DNA of 64,000 nucleotides from Clostridiales bacterium. GTDB taxonomy: Bacteria; Bacillota; Clostridia; Saccharofermentanales; Saccharofermentanaceae. The stretch lies in NCBI GenBank assembly GCA_017529925.1, contig JAFXMZ010000025.1, positions 407-64,406 on the forward strand. Direction: 5' to 3'. The translations under genes were made by a program, and so were the position numbers. Under the pieces are notes generated by a model. The model made no database searches. It saw nothing but the letters and a program-made list of their open reading frames with translations, and had not been told where the DNA came from. Below, one piece after another: positions 8,336 through 17,110 of this stretch (position 1 is the first letter of the stretch; each line of letters begins with the position of its first letter).

Positions 8336-8531
8336 CCTGTACCAAACCGTGTTTTTAGAGAAAATAGTACGTGAAATCGATGGTTTACACGTACCAAATG
8401 TTCTTAATTCGGATGTTTAGTACAGGAAATCTGAGTTTTCCTGTACTAAATGCAAAAATTAGGAAGAAAAGTACAGGAAAACAGCTGTTTTCCTGTACCA
8501 AACATGTGTTTTTCAGCAAAAAAGTACAGGA
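8336..8531. repeat. hairpin-repeat array 1 (52-bp period, GTAC-word stems)
   Basis: Hairpins start at 8367, 8419, 8471 and 8523 (last one partial). Examples: AGTACAGGAAA-TCTGAG-TTTCCTGTACT and the 28-nt perfect palindrome GTACAGGAAAACAGCTGTTTTCCTGTAC. Spacers such as AAACATGTGTTTTTCAG. Confidence 0.8.
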
Positions 8532-8643
8532 GTCCGATCGGGACAATCGCTACGGTCGGATGTGTTCATTTGTCCATTCACGAAACTCCCGGCTTCAGGA
8601 ACCCGATCATGACAGTCGTGACCGGGCTTAACCCGGTGAACGG

Positions 8644-9051
8644 TTACTGCGCATCATTGTAAGCGATGGCTGCCTCGTAGTAGAAGTAGAGTGCTTTGAC
8701 GAGATCCTTGAGGTCTTCGTTGGAACTCGTCTCGAGGATCTTCCCGCAGTAGTCGAAAGCACTGTACGTGATGGTTTTCGAATAGGAATGATCATTACTT
8801 ACGACCGTTAAGGTGTATGGATCGCTGAGGCGCAGGAGCCTGACGGGGATCCTGATCCTTGTGAGACCGTCATCAGAAGGTGCACTATCGTAGCCGTAAA
8901 TACTGTAGTCGTCAGCGATATCCGGATAGAACTTGAGATAAGGCGTTTCCTTCAGGACGAAGCCGCGGAGACCGGTGCGGGGATGAGCCCTGCCGCCATT
9001 ACTGCCGAAAGCAAAACGGAGATCATCTTTTTCTTTTCCATAGTTCATCAC
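8644..9051 (-). CDS. C-terminal-module-only paralog of the surface proteins (likely gene remnant)
   Basis: The 135-aa ORF ends ...TLTVVSNDHSYSKTITYSAFDYCGKILETSSNEDLKDLVKALYFYYEAAIAY, which aligns with the last roughly 100 aa of the 904-aa and 778-aa proteins. No signal peptide. Confidence 0.5.
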   Translation of the reverse strand: MMNYGKEKDDLRFAFGSNGGRAHPRTGLRGFVLKETPYLKFYPDIADDYSIYGYDSAPSDDGLTRIRIPVRLLRLSDPYTLTVVSNDHSYSKTITYSAFDYCGKILETSSNEDLKDLVKALYFYYEAAIAYNDAQ

Positions 9052-9208
9052 CTCATATCTCAGGATAGAAACATCCCGGCGACGCCTCTGCTAACAGGTT
9101 GTGCCGGGATGGATATTTCTTCATATTCGTGTCTCGACCGGACGGATCCGGCTGTATAAAACTGTCATGGGACTGCTCATCCGTCAGTCGACCGGGGAGA
9201 GGATCTCC

Positions 9209-9328
9209 TTAAGGACGGATCTTCCCTATCTCGTCTTCCTCTGTCTCCTCGAATGTCGAATCCGTGATTATATCCGAATTACCGAGGAGGATTATCTCAA
9301 TCTCGATATCTTCATACTTTTCTTTCAT
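9209..9328 (-). CDS. small acidic peptide (39 aa), paralog of 53545..53643
   Basis: Not in the ORF track. MKEKYEDIEIEIILLGNSDIITDSTFEETEEDEIGKIRP, with SD AGAGAGG 7 nt upstream. Shares MKE-Y-E-EIE-I-G-DIIT-S with the second copy. Confidence 0.5.
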   Translation of the reverse strand: MKEKYEDIEIEIILLGNSDIITDSTFEETEEDEIGKIRP

Positions 9329-9640
9329 ATTCGTACCTCTCTAATTACGTCTGCTCTTACTATTCTATCACAGATATCAATGGATTTCCGCTATTTTATG
9401 TTCTGTATTCGATCGCGTTCTGTCCGGCGCTGGGTGCCCGAATCTGTACGGGGTACTCAAATCGGCGGAGGATGCCCGAACACGATTTGTATTATATAAT
9501 GTGAGTGTAGTCAGTTCGATCACCGGGTGTGGCCGGTGAGGCAGCGGCCGGCGAGCAGATGGATGAAGTTGGCGCGGCGGGGGAAGAGTTCCCCACACAC
9601 TGATCGGGAACGATGCCGCGGCCGGCGGGGAGGTTTTCTT

Positions 9641-10090
9641 ATGGCGATGAAATTCAAATATGTCAGGATCCAGGGCGCGGAGCTCGCCGAGAATACGATG
9701 TATGCCAAGGGGATCTTTTCGATGTGTGTCCAGCTGGTGCAGAACAACGTGATGGACGCTGAGGACGCCGAGCTCTTCCACGAGATCGACGACTGGTTTG
9801 CGCACGAGCTGCCGTGGCCCGAGCCTTGCCGCCGCCGCGAGAAGGTCGTCTGTTTCTTCAAGACCGAGAATGCCGACGAGATGATGCGCTACATCCGCCC
9901 CATGATGTGGCTGCTCGAAAAGTACGACCACCCCTATTACGTCGTCTACACCAATTCCCCCGGCGAGATCGTGTACGAGGACGAGTACCAGGTCGCCGTA
10001 AAGGTGCCCGGGACGCTTCAGATCGAAAAGATGCAGGATTCCTGGTCGGAGGGGCTGAAGCTCAACGACAAGGGAGTTGTCGAAGACTGA
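9641..10090 (+). CDS. hypothetical cytoplasmic protein (149 aa)
   Basis: The ATG at 9641 follows GGGGAGG. ORF 9527..10090 is probably N-extended. No recognisable domain. Confidence 0.6.
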   Translation: MAMKFKYVRIQGAELAENTMYAKGIFSMCVQLVQNNVMDAEDAELFHEIDDWFAHELPWPEPCRRREKVVCFFKTENADEMMRYIRPMMWLLEKYDHPYYVVYTNSPGEIVYEDEYQVAVKVPGTLQIEKMQDSWSEGLKLNDKGVVED

Positions 10091-11828
10091 CCTCCGCCTG
10101 CCGGTCCGGTACGGGCCGCGACTGTTTTTTGTTCAGTCTGTAGAGCGAGGCCGTGAGGCTGTGGTTTTCGTTGCAGTTGTAGGGCAGGTTATAGCGCCCG
10201 ATCAGCTCGGCTTCGTATGACGAAGGATCCGCGGGGATCAGCTCGCTCATCCAGCCGTCCTCATAAAGATCTTCGTTGATGAAGACATAGACATTGATCC
10301 TTCCCCCCTCGAAAATGTCATTCCCGCGTATCACAGTATTGCCGTCAGCCTCGAAGACCGACAGGTCATTGAGGACTGTGTAAGTGCGGTCAGTCACGAG
10401 GTGATCCGCCTCCGGGATAAGGTACGAAGTGATGCCGAGATCCCACTCGTTGACATGGACGAAGAGCGGGGGCAGGGAAGTGCCGGGATCGTAGATGTCG
10501 CTGTAGGACGGAAGAACGTGATATGAAGCGTCGAAGTCTTTCCTGAAACGGTCGAGTTCGCCCGCGGGCGACTTCCTGTCCACTCCGGTAAAACCTGTAA
10601 TGATGTTGACCGCGCAGACGGCGGTGCACAGAAGAGAGATCATATTTTTCCTGTCGCATGAGGTTATCGCCGCCGCCCACAGGAGAGCCGCTGCACCCGA
10701 GTAGATGAAGAAATATCTTCCGGCGTAGAGGTCCGCGACGTATGTTGCGGCGATGAATCCGGCAAGCGAACCGGCGAAGAGGACGGCGAGCGTTCGGGCG
10801 CCGCGGTATGATTCCACCGCGCGTTCTTTGCGTCCGGGATCGACCGCATCTTTGATGCGCTTTGCGTCGCGGAGCTTCGAGGGGGATATCAAAAGGAGCG
10901 GCGCCAGCAGTGCCGAAAGCACCACGGTCATGACGGCGATGACCGACATGGCCGTTCCCGAGCCGTTCTCGAAGCAGCCGATGAATGCGTAATAGACCGA
11001 GCTGATGACATTGCCTTCCGAGACCCAGTAGCCGTCCTTTACGGCGCCGAGCTGTCCGAGGAGAACGAAGAGCCACGGCAGATAGAGGACCGATACGATG
11101 ACGCCGCTTACAAGGAGTGCGCGCAGGCGCGGGAAGTCGCGCTTGATGAGAGCGGCCACCGCCAGCGCACCGTAAGAGCAGAATGCGATTATGAGCGAAG
11201 TGTTATGTGTATACATCGACAGCAGGCCATAGACAGTCATCAGGATGAGGTCGCGCTTTTCGCCGTGATCATAAAAGAGCGAGGCGTGGATCAGAAAAGC
11301 CGTCGACAGCGCGAAAGCGAGCACCGCCGGCCTGACCGTGTGCCCGAAATAGATCGTATAGCGCGAGCAAAGGACGAAGACTGCGGCGAGCACTGACGCG
11401 CGCGGTCCGAGCAGGCGCCGGCCGGGGAAGAGTATCACAGCAAAGAGAAATGCATAGATGACGACGGTGACCGCCCTCAGCGAAAAGAGGCTTCCGCCGG
11501 TGATGACCGACACGGCCTTCAGCAGATATGTGTAGAGCGGCGGGCTGTAATCGCTCCGCAGAAGCTGCATGAGCCCGCTCCATGAATGCCTGTTCAGGAA
11601 GTACTGGTAAGCGCTGTCATAGGAGATGCCGTCATGGGTCTCGAAGAGTGCCCACATCACAAGGAATGCGGCCGTGAAGAGGAGCCACAGGATGGCGGTC
11701 TTCAGCGTCCCGATACCGCCGGAGCGTGTACCGGAAGTGAGTGCCCGGCCGCCGCCGGAATAAACATCTGAAGTGAGCGTTCCGCCGCTGCCGGAACTGA
11801 CTTCGCCGGAGGTTTTTCTTGTCGTCAT
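10062..11828 (-). CDS. GT-C fold glycosyltransferase (PMT/ArnT-like, family 39/83-like) integral membrane protein
   Basis: More than 10 hydrophobic helices. The N-terminal loop YDSAYQYFLNRHSWSGLMQLLRSDYSPPLYTYLLK is typical of PMT_2-type enzymes. Start taken at MTTRK (11828); the ORF extends to 11912. Confidence 0.65.
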   Translation of the reverse strand: MTTRKTSGEVSSGSGGTLTSDVYSGGGRALTSGTRSGGIGTLKTAILWLLFTAAFLVMWALFETHDGISYDSAYQYFLNRHSWSGLMQLLRSDYSPPLYTYLLKAVSVITGGSLFSLRAVTVVIYAFLFAVILFPGRRLLGPRASVLAAVFVLCSRYTIYFGHTVRPAVLAFALSTAFLIHASLFYDHGEKRDLILMTVYGLLSMYTHNTSLIIAFCSYGALAVAALIKRDFPRLRALLVSGVIVSVLYLPWLFVLLGQLGAVKDGYWVSEGNVISSVYYAFIGCFENGSGTAMSVIAVMTVVLSALLAPLLLISPSKLRDAKRIKDAVDPGRKERAVESYRGARTLAVLFAGSLAGFIAATYVADLYAGRYFFIYSGAAALLWAAAITSCDRKNMISLLCTAVCAVNIITGFTGVDRKSPAGELDRFRKDFDASYHVLPSYSDIYDPGTSLPPLFVHVNEWDLGITSYLIPEADHLVTDRTYTVLNDLSVFEADGNTVIRGNDIFEGGRINVYVFINEDLYEDGWMSELIPADPSSYEAELIGRYNLPYNCNENHSLTASLYRLNKKQSRPVPDRQAEVSLRQLPCR

Positions 11829-11953
11829 TGCCACGCAGTCCTTATTTGATACAATAATGATGTCATACGCGCAAAAAGGTGTCAAATGAGCGCGGGTCCC
11901 GGCGCACGCCACGCGGCGCGTGACGACGCGTGATGAAAGGAATGGAGGACAGG

Positions 11954-12568
11954 ATGGGTATATTTGAAAACTGGAAGGATCTGTTTACGCTCGAATTCTG
12001 GCAGAACCTGCTGGAGAGCTACAAGACGTTCGGCCCCGTTGCGCCGATAGCGCTCGCATTCCTTGAAGCGATCTTTCCGCCGCTGCCGATGGTGGCGATC
12101 GTGCTCGCGAACGTGGCCGCTTACGGCGTTAAGCTCGGATTCCTCTACAGCTGGATCGGCTCGTGCCTCGGCTGCACCTTCGTCTTTTTCCTCTTCCGGC
12201 TGCTGTTCAGACCGCTTTTCGCGTGGATGGGAAAGAAGAGCCGCAAGATAGATCACGCGCGCCGCTGGGTCAAGGGCGTCTCCGTGCCGACACTCTTCAT
12301 CCTGATAACGCTGCCGTTCACGCCGTCGTCCTTCGTCAACTTCGCGTTCGGCGTTTCCGACTACTCGGCGCCCAAGTACCTTATCACGCTCTATCTGGCC
12401 AAGACCGTCATGCTCGCGCTCCTCGCCTTCGTCGGCGAAAGCGTCGTTCTCTCCTTCAAACAGCCGTGGATGATCGCGGTCTCCGTCGCGGTCCTGGTCC
12501 TGTCATACATCATCTCGAAAAAGATCACATCCTCAAAGATCGCCGACGACGCCGGGAAGGAAGAATAA
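11954..12568 (+). CDS. VTT-domain (TVP38/TMEM64, DedA-related) membrane protein
   Basis: FGPVAPIALAFLEAIFPPLPMVAIVLANVAAYGVKLGFLYSWIGSCLG. The ATG at 11954 lies 5 nt after GGAGG. Confidence 0.7.
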   Translation: MGIFENWKDLFTLEFWQNLLESYKTFGPVAPIALAFLEAIFPPLPMVAIVLANVAAYGVKLGFLYSWIGSCLGCTFVFFLFRLLFRPLFAWMGKKSRKIDHARRWVKGVSVPTLFILITLPFTPSSFVNFAFGVSDYSAPKYLITLYLAKTVMLALLAFVGESVVLSFKQPWMIAVSVAVLVLSYIISKKITSSKIADDAGKEE

Positions 12569-12610
12569 TCCCCTCTATTGCGATACGTTTTAACACATCG
12601 GCCCGCGTCT

Positions 12611-14248
12611 TTACTTGCTGTGGATATCCTCGAATCTGAGCTTGAGGCTCTCGTTGTGGTCGACTACCCAGTCGATCGCCCATTCTGACTCGAAGAGGAC
12701 GACGGGTTCGTCGTCGCGGTCGAGAACGAGCATCGATGTCGATGTCAGCGTCATGTCATGGTAGTCGGGGCCGCCCTGTGCGCCGAACCCGCCGTCCACG
12801 TCGCTCTTTACCCAGCGCGCAAGGCGGTAGTTCAGGGGCGTCCTTATGATGTCGACACCGTATTCGCTCTTGAGGCGGTACTCGAGTACGTCGAACTGGA
12901 GTATTCCGACGACGCCCATAATGTATGTCTCCGTTCCGATGTCGGGCTGCTTGTAGAGCTGTACCGCACCCTCCTCGGAGAGCTGCTCGATTCCCTTGAG
13001 GAACTGCTTCCTCTTCATCGAATCCTTGGGCTGCACCTTTGCGAAGTTTTCGGGCGGGAAGACCGGGATCGGATCAAACTCGAAACGCCTGCCCGACGAG
13101 ATCAGCGTGTCGCCGATCCTGAAGTGGCCGGGGTCAAAGACTCCGATGATGTCGCCTGCAAATGCATCCTCAACGATATTTCTGTCCTGCGCCATGAACT
13201 GCTGCGGCTGCGCCAGCGTGATCTTCTTGCCAAGGCGCATGTGGTTGACGCTCATGTTCTTCTCATACTTACCGGAGCAGATCCTAATGAAGGCCATCCT
13301 GTCGCGGTGGTTCGGATCCATATTCGCCTGGATCTTGAATACGAATCCCGAAAACATCTCATCCGTGGGCTCGACCACGCCGATGTCATCAGACGCATGG
13401 TGCGGCTGGGGCATGGGAGCTATCTTCAGGAAGTGCTTGAGGAAGGGCTCGACACCGAAGTTCGTGATCGCCGATCCGAAGAATACGGGCGTAAGCTGTC
13501 CCGCAAGAATGCGGTCGAGGTCAAACTCGTCACCTGCCATGTCCAGGAGCTCTATGTCATTCCTGAGTGTCTCGTAGTGGTAGGGGCTCATGAGTTCCTT
13601 GAGCCTGGGGTCGTCGATACCCGTCGAAGTCTCGCGGACCATCGAGGCACCGTGATCCTGGTTTGACGCATCGAAAAGCAGCACTTCGCCGGTCTCTCGC
13701 TCGTAGACGCCCTCGAAGTCGCCGTCTGTTCCTATCGGCCAGTTGACGGGCGTGGAGCGGATGCCGAGGACCTTTTCGAGCTCGTCGATAAGATCGAAAG
13801 GATTCTTAGCCGCACGGTCCATCTTGTTGATGAAGGTGAAGATCGGAACGCCGCGGTTGCGGCAGACGTGGAAGAGCTTTATGGTCTGGGCCTCGACGCC
13901 TTTCGCGCCGTCAAGGAGCATGACTGCGGCGTCAGCGGCGCACAGCGTACGGTATGTGTCCTCGGAGAAGTCCTGGTGTCCGGGTGTGTCGAGGATGTTG
14001 ATGCAGTAGCCGTCATATTCGAACTGCATGACGGATGACGTGACGGAGATACCTCTCTGCTTCTCGATCTCCATCCAGTCGGATGTGGCGTGGCGCGCGG
14101 CCTTACGGGCCTTGACCGAACCGGCCATGTGGATCGCGCCTCCGTAGAGGAGCAGTTTCTCGGTCATGGTGGTCTTACCGGCGTCCGGGTGCGATATTAT
14201 CGCAAATGTGCGTCTTCTCTTGATCTGGTCTTCCGTAGAATAACTCAT
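12611..14248 (-). CDS. prfC: peptide chain release factor 3
   Basis: RRRTFAIISHPDAGKTTMTEKLLLYGGAI...DWMEIEKQRGISVTSSVMQF, a translational GTPase. The start MSYSTEDQ follows GAGGT. Confidence 0.92.
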   Translation of the reverse strand: MSYSTEDQIKRRRTFAIISHPDAGKTTMTEKLLLYGGAIHMAGSVKARKAARHATSDWMEIEKQRGISVTSSVMQFEYDGYCINILDTPGHQDFSEDTYRTLCAADAAVMLLDGAKGVEAQTIKLFHVCRNRGVPIFTFINKMDRAAKNPFDLIDELEKVLGIRSTPVNWPIGTDGDFEGVYERETGEVLLFDASNQDHGASMVRETSTGIDDPRLKELMSPYHYETLRNDIELLDMAGDEFDLDRILAGQLTPVFFGSAITNFGVEPFLKHFLKIAPMPQPHHASDDIGVVEPTDEMFSGFVFKIQANMDPNHRDRMAFIRICSGKYEKNMSVNHMRLGKKITLAQPQQFMAQDRNIVEDAFAGDIIGVFDPGHFRIGDTLISSGRRFEFDPIPVFPPENFAKVQPKDSMKRKQFLKGIEQLSEEGAVQLYKQPDIGTETYIMGVVGILQFDVLEYRLKSEYGVDIIRTPLNYRLARWVKSDVDGGFGAQGGPDYHDMTLTSTSMLVLDRDDEPVVLFESEWAIDWVVDHNESLKLRFEDIHSK

Positions 14249-14359
14249 CGTCAACAACCTCAACAGTGATATAATAGACAAAGGCTTATCGATACTTTTG
14301 TTTTTATTAAAGCCAAACTATTATAACAGGTTGCGTCAAAAGCGCAAAGGAGGAATAAG

Positions 14360-15868
14360 ATGAAACGCGGAGGCGGAGTCCTGATGCACATCGCATCGCT
14401 GCCGGGCCCTTTCGGGATCGGCGTATTCGGCGAGGAGGCGGTTGCTTTCTCGGCACAGCTTAAGGAACAGGGGATGAAGTACTGGCAGGTCCTGCCTTTC
14501 TCATATCCCGGGATGGGAGACTCGCCTTATCAGAGCTTTTCGGCGTTTGCGGGCAACTGGCTCTTCATCGACCCCAGGCGTCTCATGAAGAAAGGCCTTC
14601 TCACGGCAAATGAGGTCGTGGGCGCAGAATATAATGTCAACAAATGGCGCATCGACTATGACTATCTCAGGGTCGAGCGCGAGAAGCTCCTCAGGCTGGC
14701 ATACTCCAGGGCGGACGACGCACTGAAAAAGGAAGTCGCGAAGTTCCTGAAGGAGAATGCATGGGCCGACGATGTCGCGCTCTATCAGGCGATCAAGGAC
14801 GACAACTGGCAGCAGGCATGGTGGCAGTGGAAGGACGAGGCCCTCAAGGCCCGCGACGCCAAGGCGGTCGATGAGGTAAGGAAGGGTGAGAACTATCAGT
14901 TCCATGCTTTCGTCCAGTATCTCTTCATCACCGAGTGGCACGAGATCAAGAAGGAGATCAATGCCAACGGCGTGCAGATCATCGGTGACATGCCGATCTA
15001 CGTTTCGGGCGATTCGTCCGACGTCTGGGCGCATAAGGACCTTTTCAAGATGGCGAAAAAGGCCGAGGGCGATCTCGTTTTCGACAAGGTCGCGGGCGTG
15101 CCGCCGGATTATTTCTCCGAGGACGGCCAGCTCTGGGGCAACCCCATCTACGACTGGAAGAAGCACAAGGACACGCACTACGCATGGTGGATGGACCGCA
15201 TCCGCGCGAACTACGAGCTCTACGACATAGTCAGGATCGACCATTTCAGGGCATTCTCGTCCTACTGGGAAGTCCCCGCGACCGCCAAGACCGCCAAGGA
15301 AGGCGAGTGGAAGAAGGGACCCGGAATGGACTTTTTCGAGGTGCTCGATAAGGAATTCGGCGATTCGTCGAGGCTGATCGCTGAGGATCTCGGCGAAAAG
15401 ACGCCCGACCTCGAGGCATTCCTGAAGGAGTGCGGACTGCCCTGCATGAAGGTCATGCAGTTCGCGTTCAACCCGGGCGACGACAGCGCATATCTGCCTC
15501 ACAACTATGAGGATAACTGCGTGGCATATACCGGCACGCACGACAACAATACGATGCTCGGCTGGCTCTGGGAGGCACAGCCGCACGAGCGCGAGGAGTG
15601 CCTGAAATACTGCGGATTTGACGGCAATAACTGGGGCGACGGCGGACCTCACAGCGGCTCGCTGCGCGCGGTCATTAGGACCCTGTGGATGAGCCACGCC
15701 AACTGCACGATCATCCCGATCCAGGACATGCTCGGCTACGGCAGCGATACGAGGATGAACATCCCCGGCACCGCGACCGGCAACTGGGTCGTCAGATTCT
15801 CGCGCGAGGACCTCGACGGCATCGACAACAAGTGGTATAAAGAGCTGAACAGGCTCTACAGGAGATGA
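14360..15868 (+). CDS. malQ: 4-alpha-glucanotransferase (amylomaltase)
   Basis: GVLMHIASLPGPFGIGVFG...SPYQSFSAFAGN...RIDHFRAF...GTHDN, the GH77 signature. Confidence 0.92.
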   Translation: MKRGGGVLMHIASLPGPFGIGVFGEEAVAFSAQLKEQGMKYWQVLPFSYPGMGDSPYQSFSAFAGNWLFIDPRRLMKKGLLTANEVVGAEYNVNKWRIDYDYLRVEREKLLRLAYSRADDALKKEVAKFLKENAWADDVALYQAIKDDNWQQAWWQWKDEALKARDAKAVDEVRKGENYQFHAFVQYLFITEWHEIKKEINANGVQIIGDMPIYVSGDSSDVWAHKDLFKMAKKAEGDLVFDKVAGVPPDYFSEDGQLWGNPIYDWKKHKDTHYAWWMDRIRANYELYDIVRIDHFRAFSSYWEVPATAKTAKEGEWKKGPGMDFFEVLDKEFGDSSRLIAEDLGEKTPDLEAFLKECGLPCMKVMQFAFNPGDDSAYLPHNYEDNCVAYTGTHDNNTMLGWLWEAQPHEREECLKYCGFDGNNWGDGGPHSGSLRAVIRTLWMSHANCTIIPIQDMLGYGSDTRMNIPGTATGNWVVRFSREDLDGIDNKWYKELNRLYRR

Positions 15869-16069
15869 CCTGAAGGGCGGATGCCCTGCGGGAGCCGCCC
15901 TGAGGGAGGCGAATCTCCGGCCCGCGCCCGGGCGGTAACGGCCGGACAGCGGCGGAAGACCGGTCCGTCAGGGTCAACGGCTGAAGGTTACGGAATGCAT
16001 TCGCCCGGGCGGGCAGGGGCCGCCGGCGGGTGCTTTTCGAGGGGAATAAGAGATAAGAAGGACTGAGAT

Positions 16070-16999
16070 ATGAAAGGTTTGCTGATAGTTCTGTTTCAGA
16101 TGGCGGTTACGATCCTGATCGGATTCGTGCTGCGCAAGAACCGCGTGATCGACGAGAGGAGCCAGAAGTCGCTTTCCGATATACTGCTGCAGGCGACGCT
16201 GCCGTTTACGATCCTTGCGTCGAGCCAGTACGAGTACTCCGATGACATCGCGCTCGGCATGATGGCAGTCGGCGCGTGCTCGGTCATCTACTATATCGTC
16301 ACGCTGGTGATCGTTCGCCTGATCTCAAAGAAGGCCCTGAATGACAGCGCTGAATCGAGGATCATTACGACGACTGCGGTCTTCGCGAACACGGGCTTTG
16401 TCGGGATCCCGCTGATGGCGAGCCTTTTTGGCGGTGCGGGCGTCCTGCTGGCGGCAGTCTACAATTTTGCATACAACATCTTTTTCTACACATACGGCGC
16501 ACATCTGATCTCGGGAAAGAAGGGCAATGTCCTTGAGCTGATCCTGAACCCGGTGTCGCTCGCGTCCATCGCTGCGGTCATCATGTTCCTGATACCGCCG
16601 CGCCTTCCGGAATTCCTGGCTGATACGATGGACCTGATCGGCGGCGTAACGGTGCCCCTTTCGATGATAATCCTCGGCTCGACGCTCGCGACGGTCGACT
16701 ATAAGAAGCTATTTACCGACGTCAAGTCGTATATCGTCACGCTCCTGAGGCTCGTTATCTTCCCGCTCGCAATGATGGCGGCGCTCCTCGTCGCGAGAAG
16801 GTTCACGACAATCTCGGACACGACCATGATCACGCTGATAGTAATGACGGCACTGCCTTCGGGCACCATGAACGTAATCTATGCCGATAAGTACAATACC
16901 GCGCCCAAGTTCTGCGCGCGCACGGTCGTCCTGACGCTCCTGTTCATGATGATCACGCTCCCGCTGATCCTCGGGCTCTCGTTCATGCTGAACAGATAA
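16070..16999 (+). CDS. AEC-family (auxin efflux carrier) transporter
   Basis: About 10 TM helices; N- and C-terminal halves typical of AEC permeases. Confidence 0.75.
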   Translation: MKGLLIVLFQMAVTILIGFVLRKNRVIDERSQKSLSDILLQATLPFTILASSQYEYSDDIALGMMAVGACSVIYYIVTLVIVRLISKKALNDSAESRIITTTAVFANTGFVGIPLMASLFGGAGVLLAAVYNFAYNIFFYTYGAHLISGKKGNVLELILNPVSLASIAAVIMFLIPPRLPEFLADTMDLIGGVTVPLSMIILGSTLATVDYKKLFTDVKSYIVTLLRLVIFPLAMMAALLVARRFTTISDTTMITLIVMTALPSGTMNVIYADKYNTAPKFCARTVVLTLLFMMITLPLILGLSFMLNR

Positions 17000-17110
17000 G
17001 CGCTTAGTCGCACGGGTGGCGGCCGGGCGGATAGGCGGATGATCTGCGGGCTGCGGGCTGCGCCGTGCCACGGGTGGCGGCCCGCTGTTATTATGTGAGA
17101 AGGTGATGAA

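Noticed and set aside
8033-8345. ORFs 8033..8236 (+) and 8064..8345 (-)
   Set aside because: They overlap the tRNA-Pro gene and its terminator.
8142-9640. Integrated prophage or ICE at tRNA-Pro
   Set aside because: No integrase, excisionase or phage/conjugation genes are present. No duplicate of the tRNA 3' end was found by eye. Only a remnant-like fragment and repeats are present.
9101-9931. ORFs 9101..9499 (+), 9377..9931 (-) and 9520..9861 (-)
   Set aside because: They have no RBS or domain support. They overlap the better-supported small peptide gene, the structured leader and the 149-aa gene.
12758-13666. 302-aa and 193-aa plus-strand ORFs
   Set aside because: Antisense shadows of prfC.
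14501-15697. 398-aa minus-strand ORF
   Set aside because: Antisense shadow of malQ.
17000-17110. Direct repeat CACGGGTGGCGGCC x2 between the AEC transporter and the sseB-like gene
   Set aside because: Short, GC-rich, with only two copies and no associated structure. Likely compositional.
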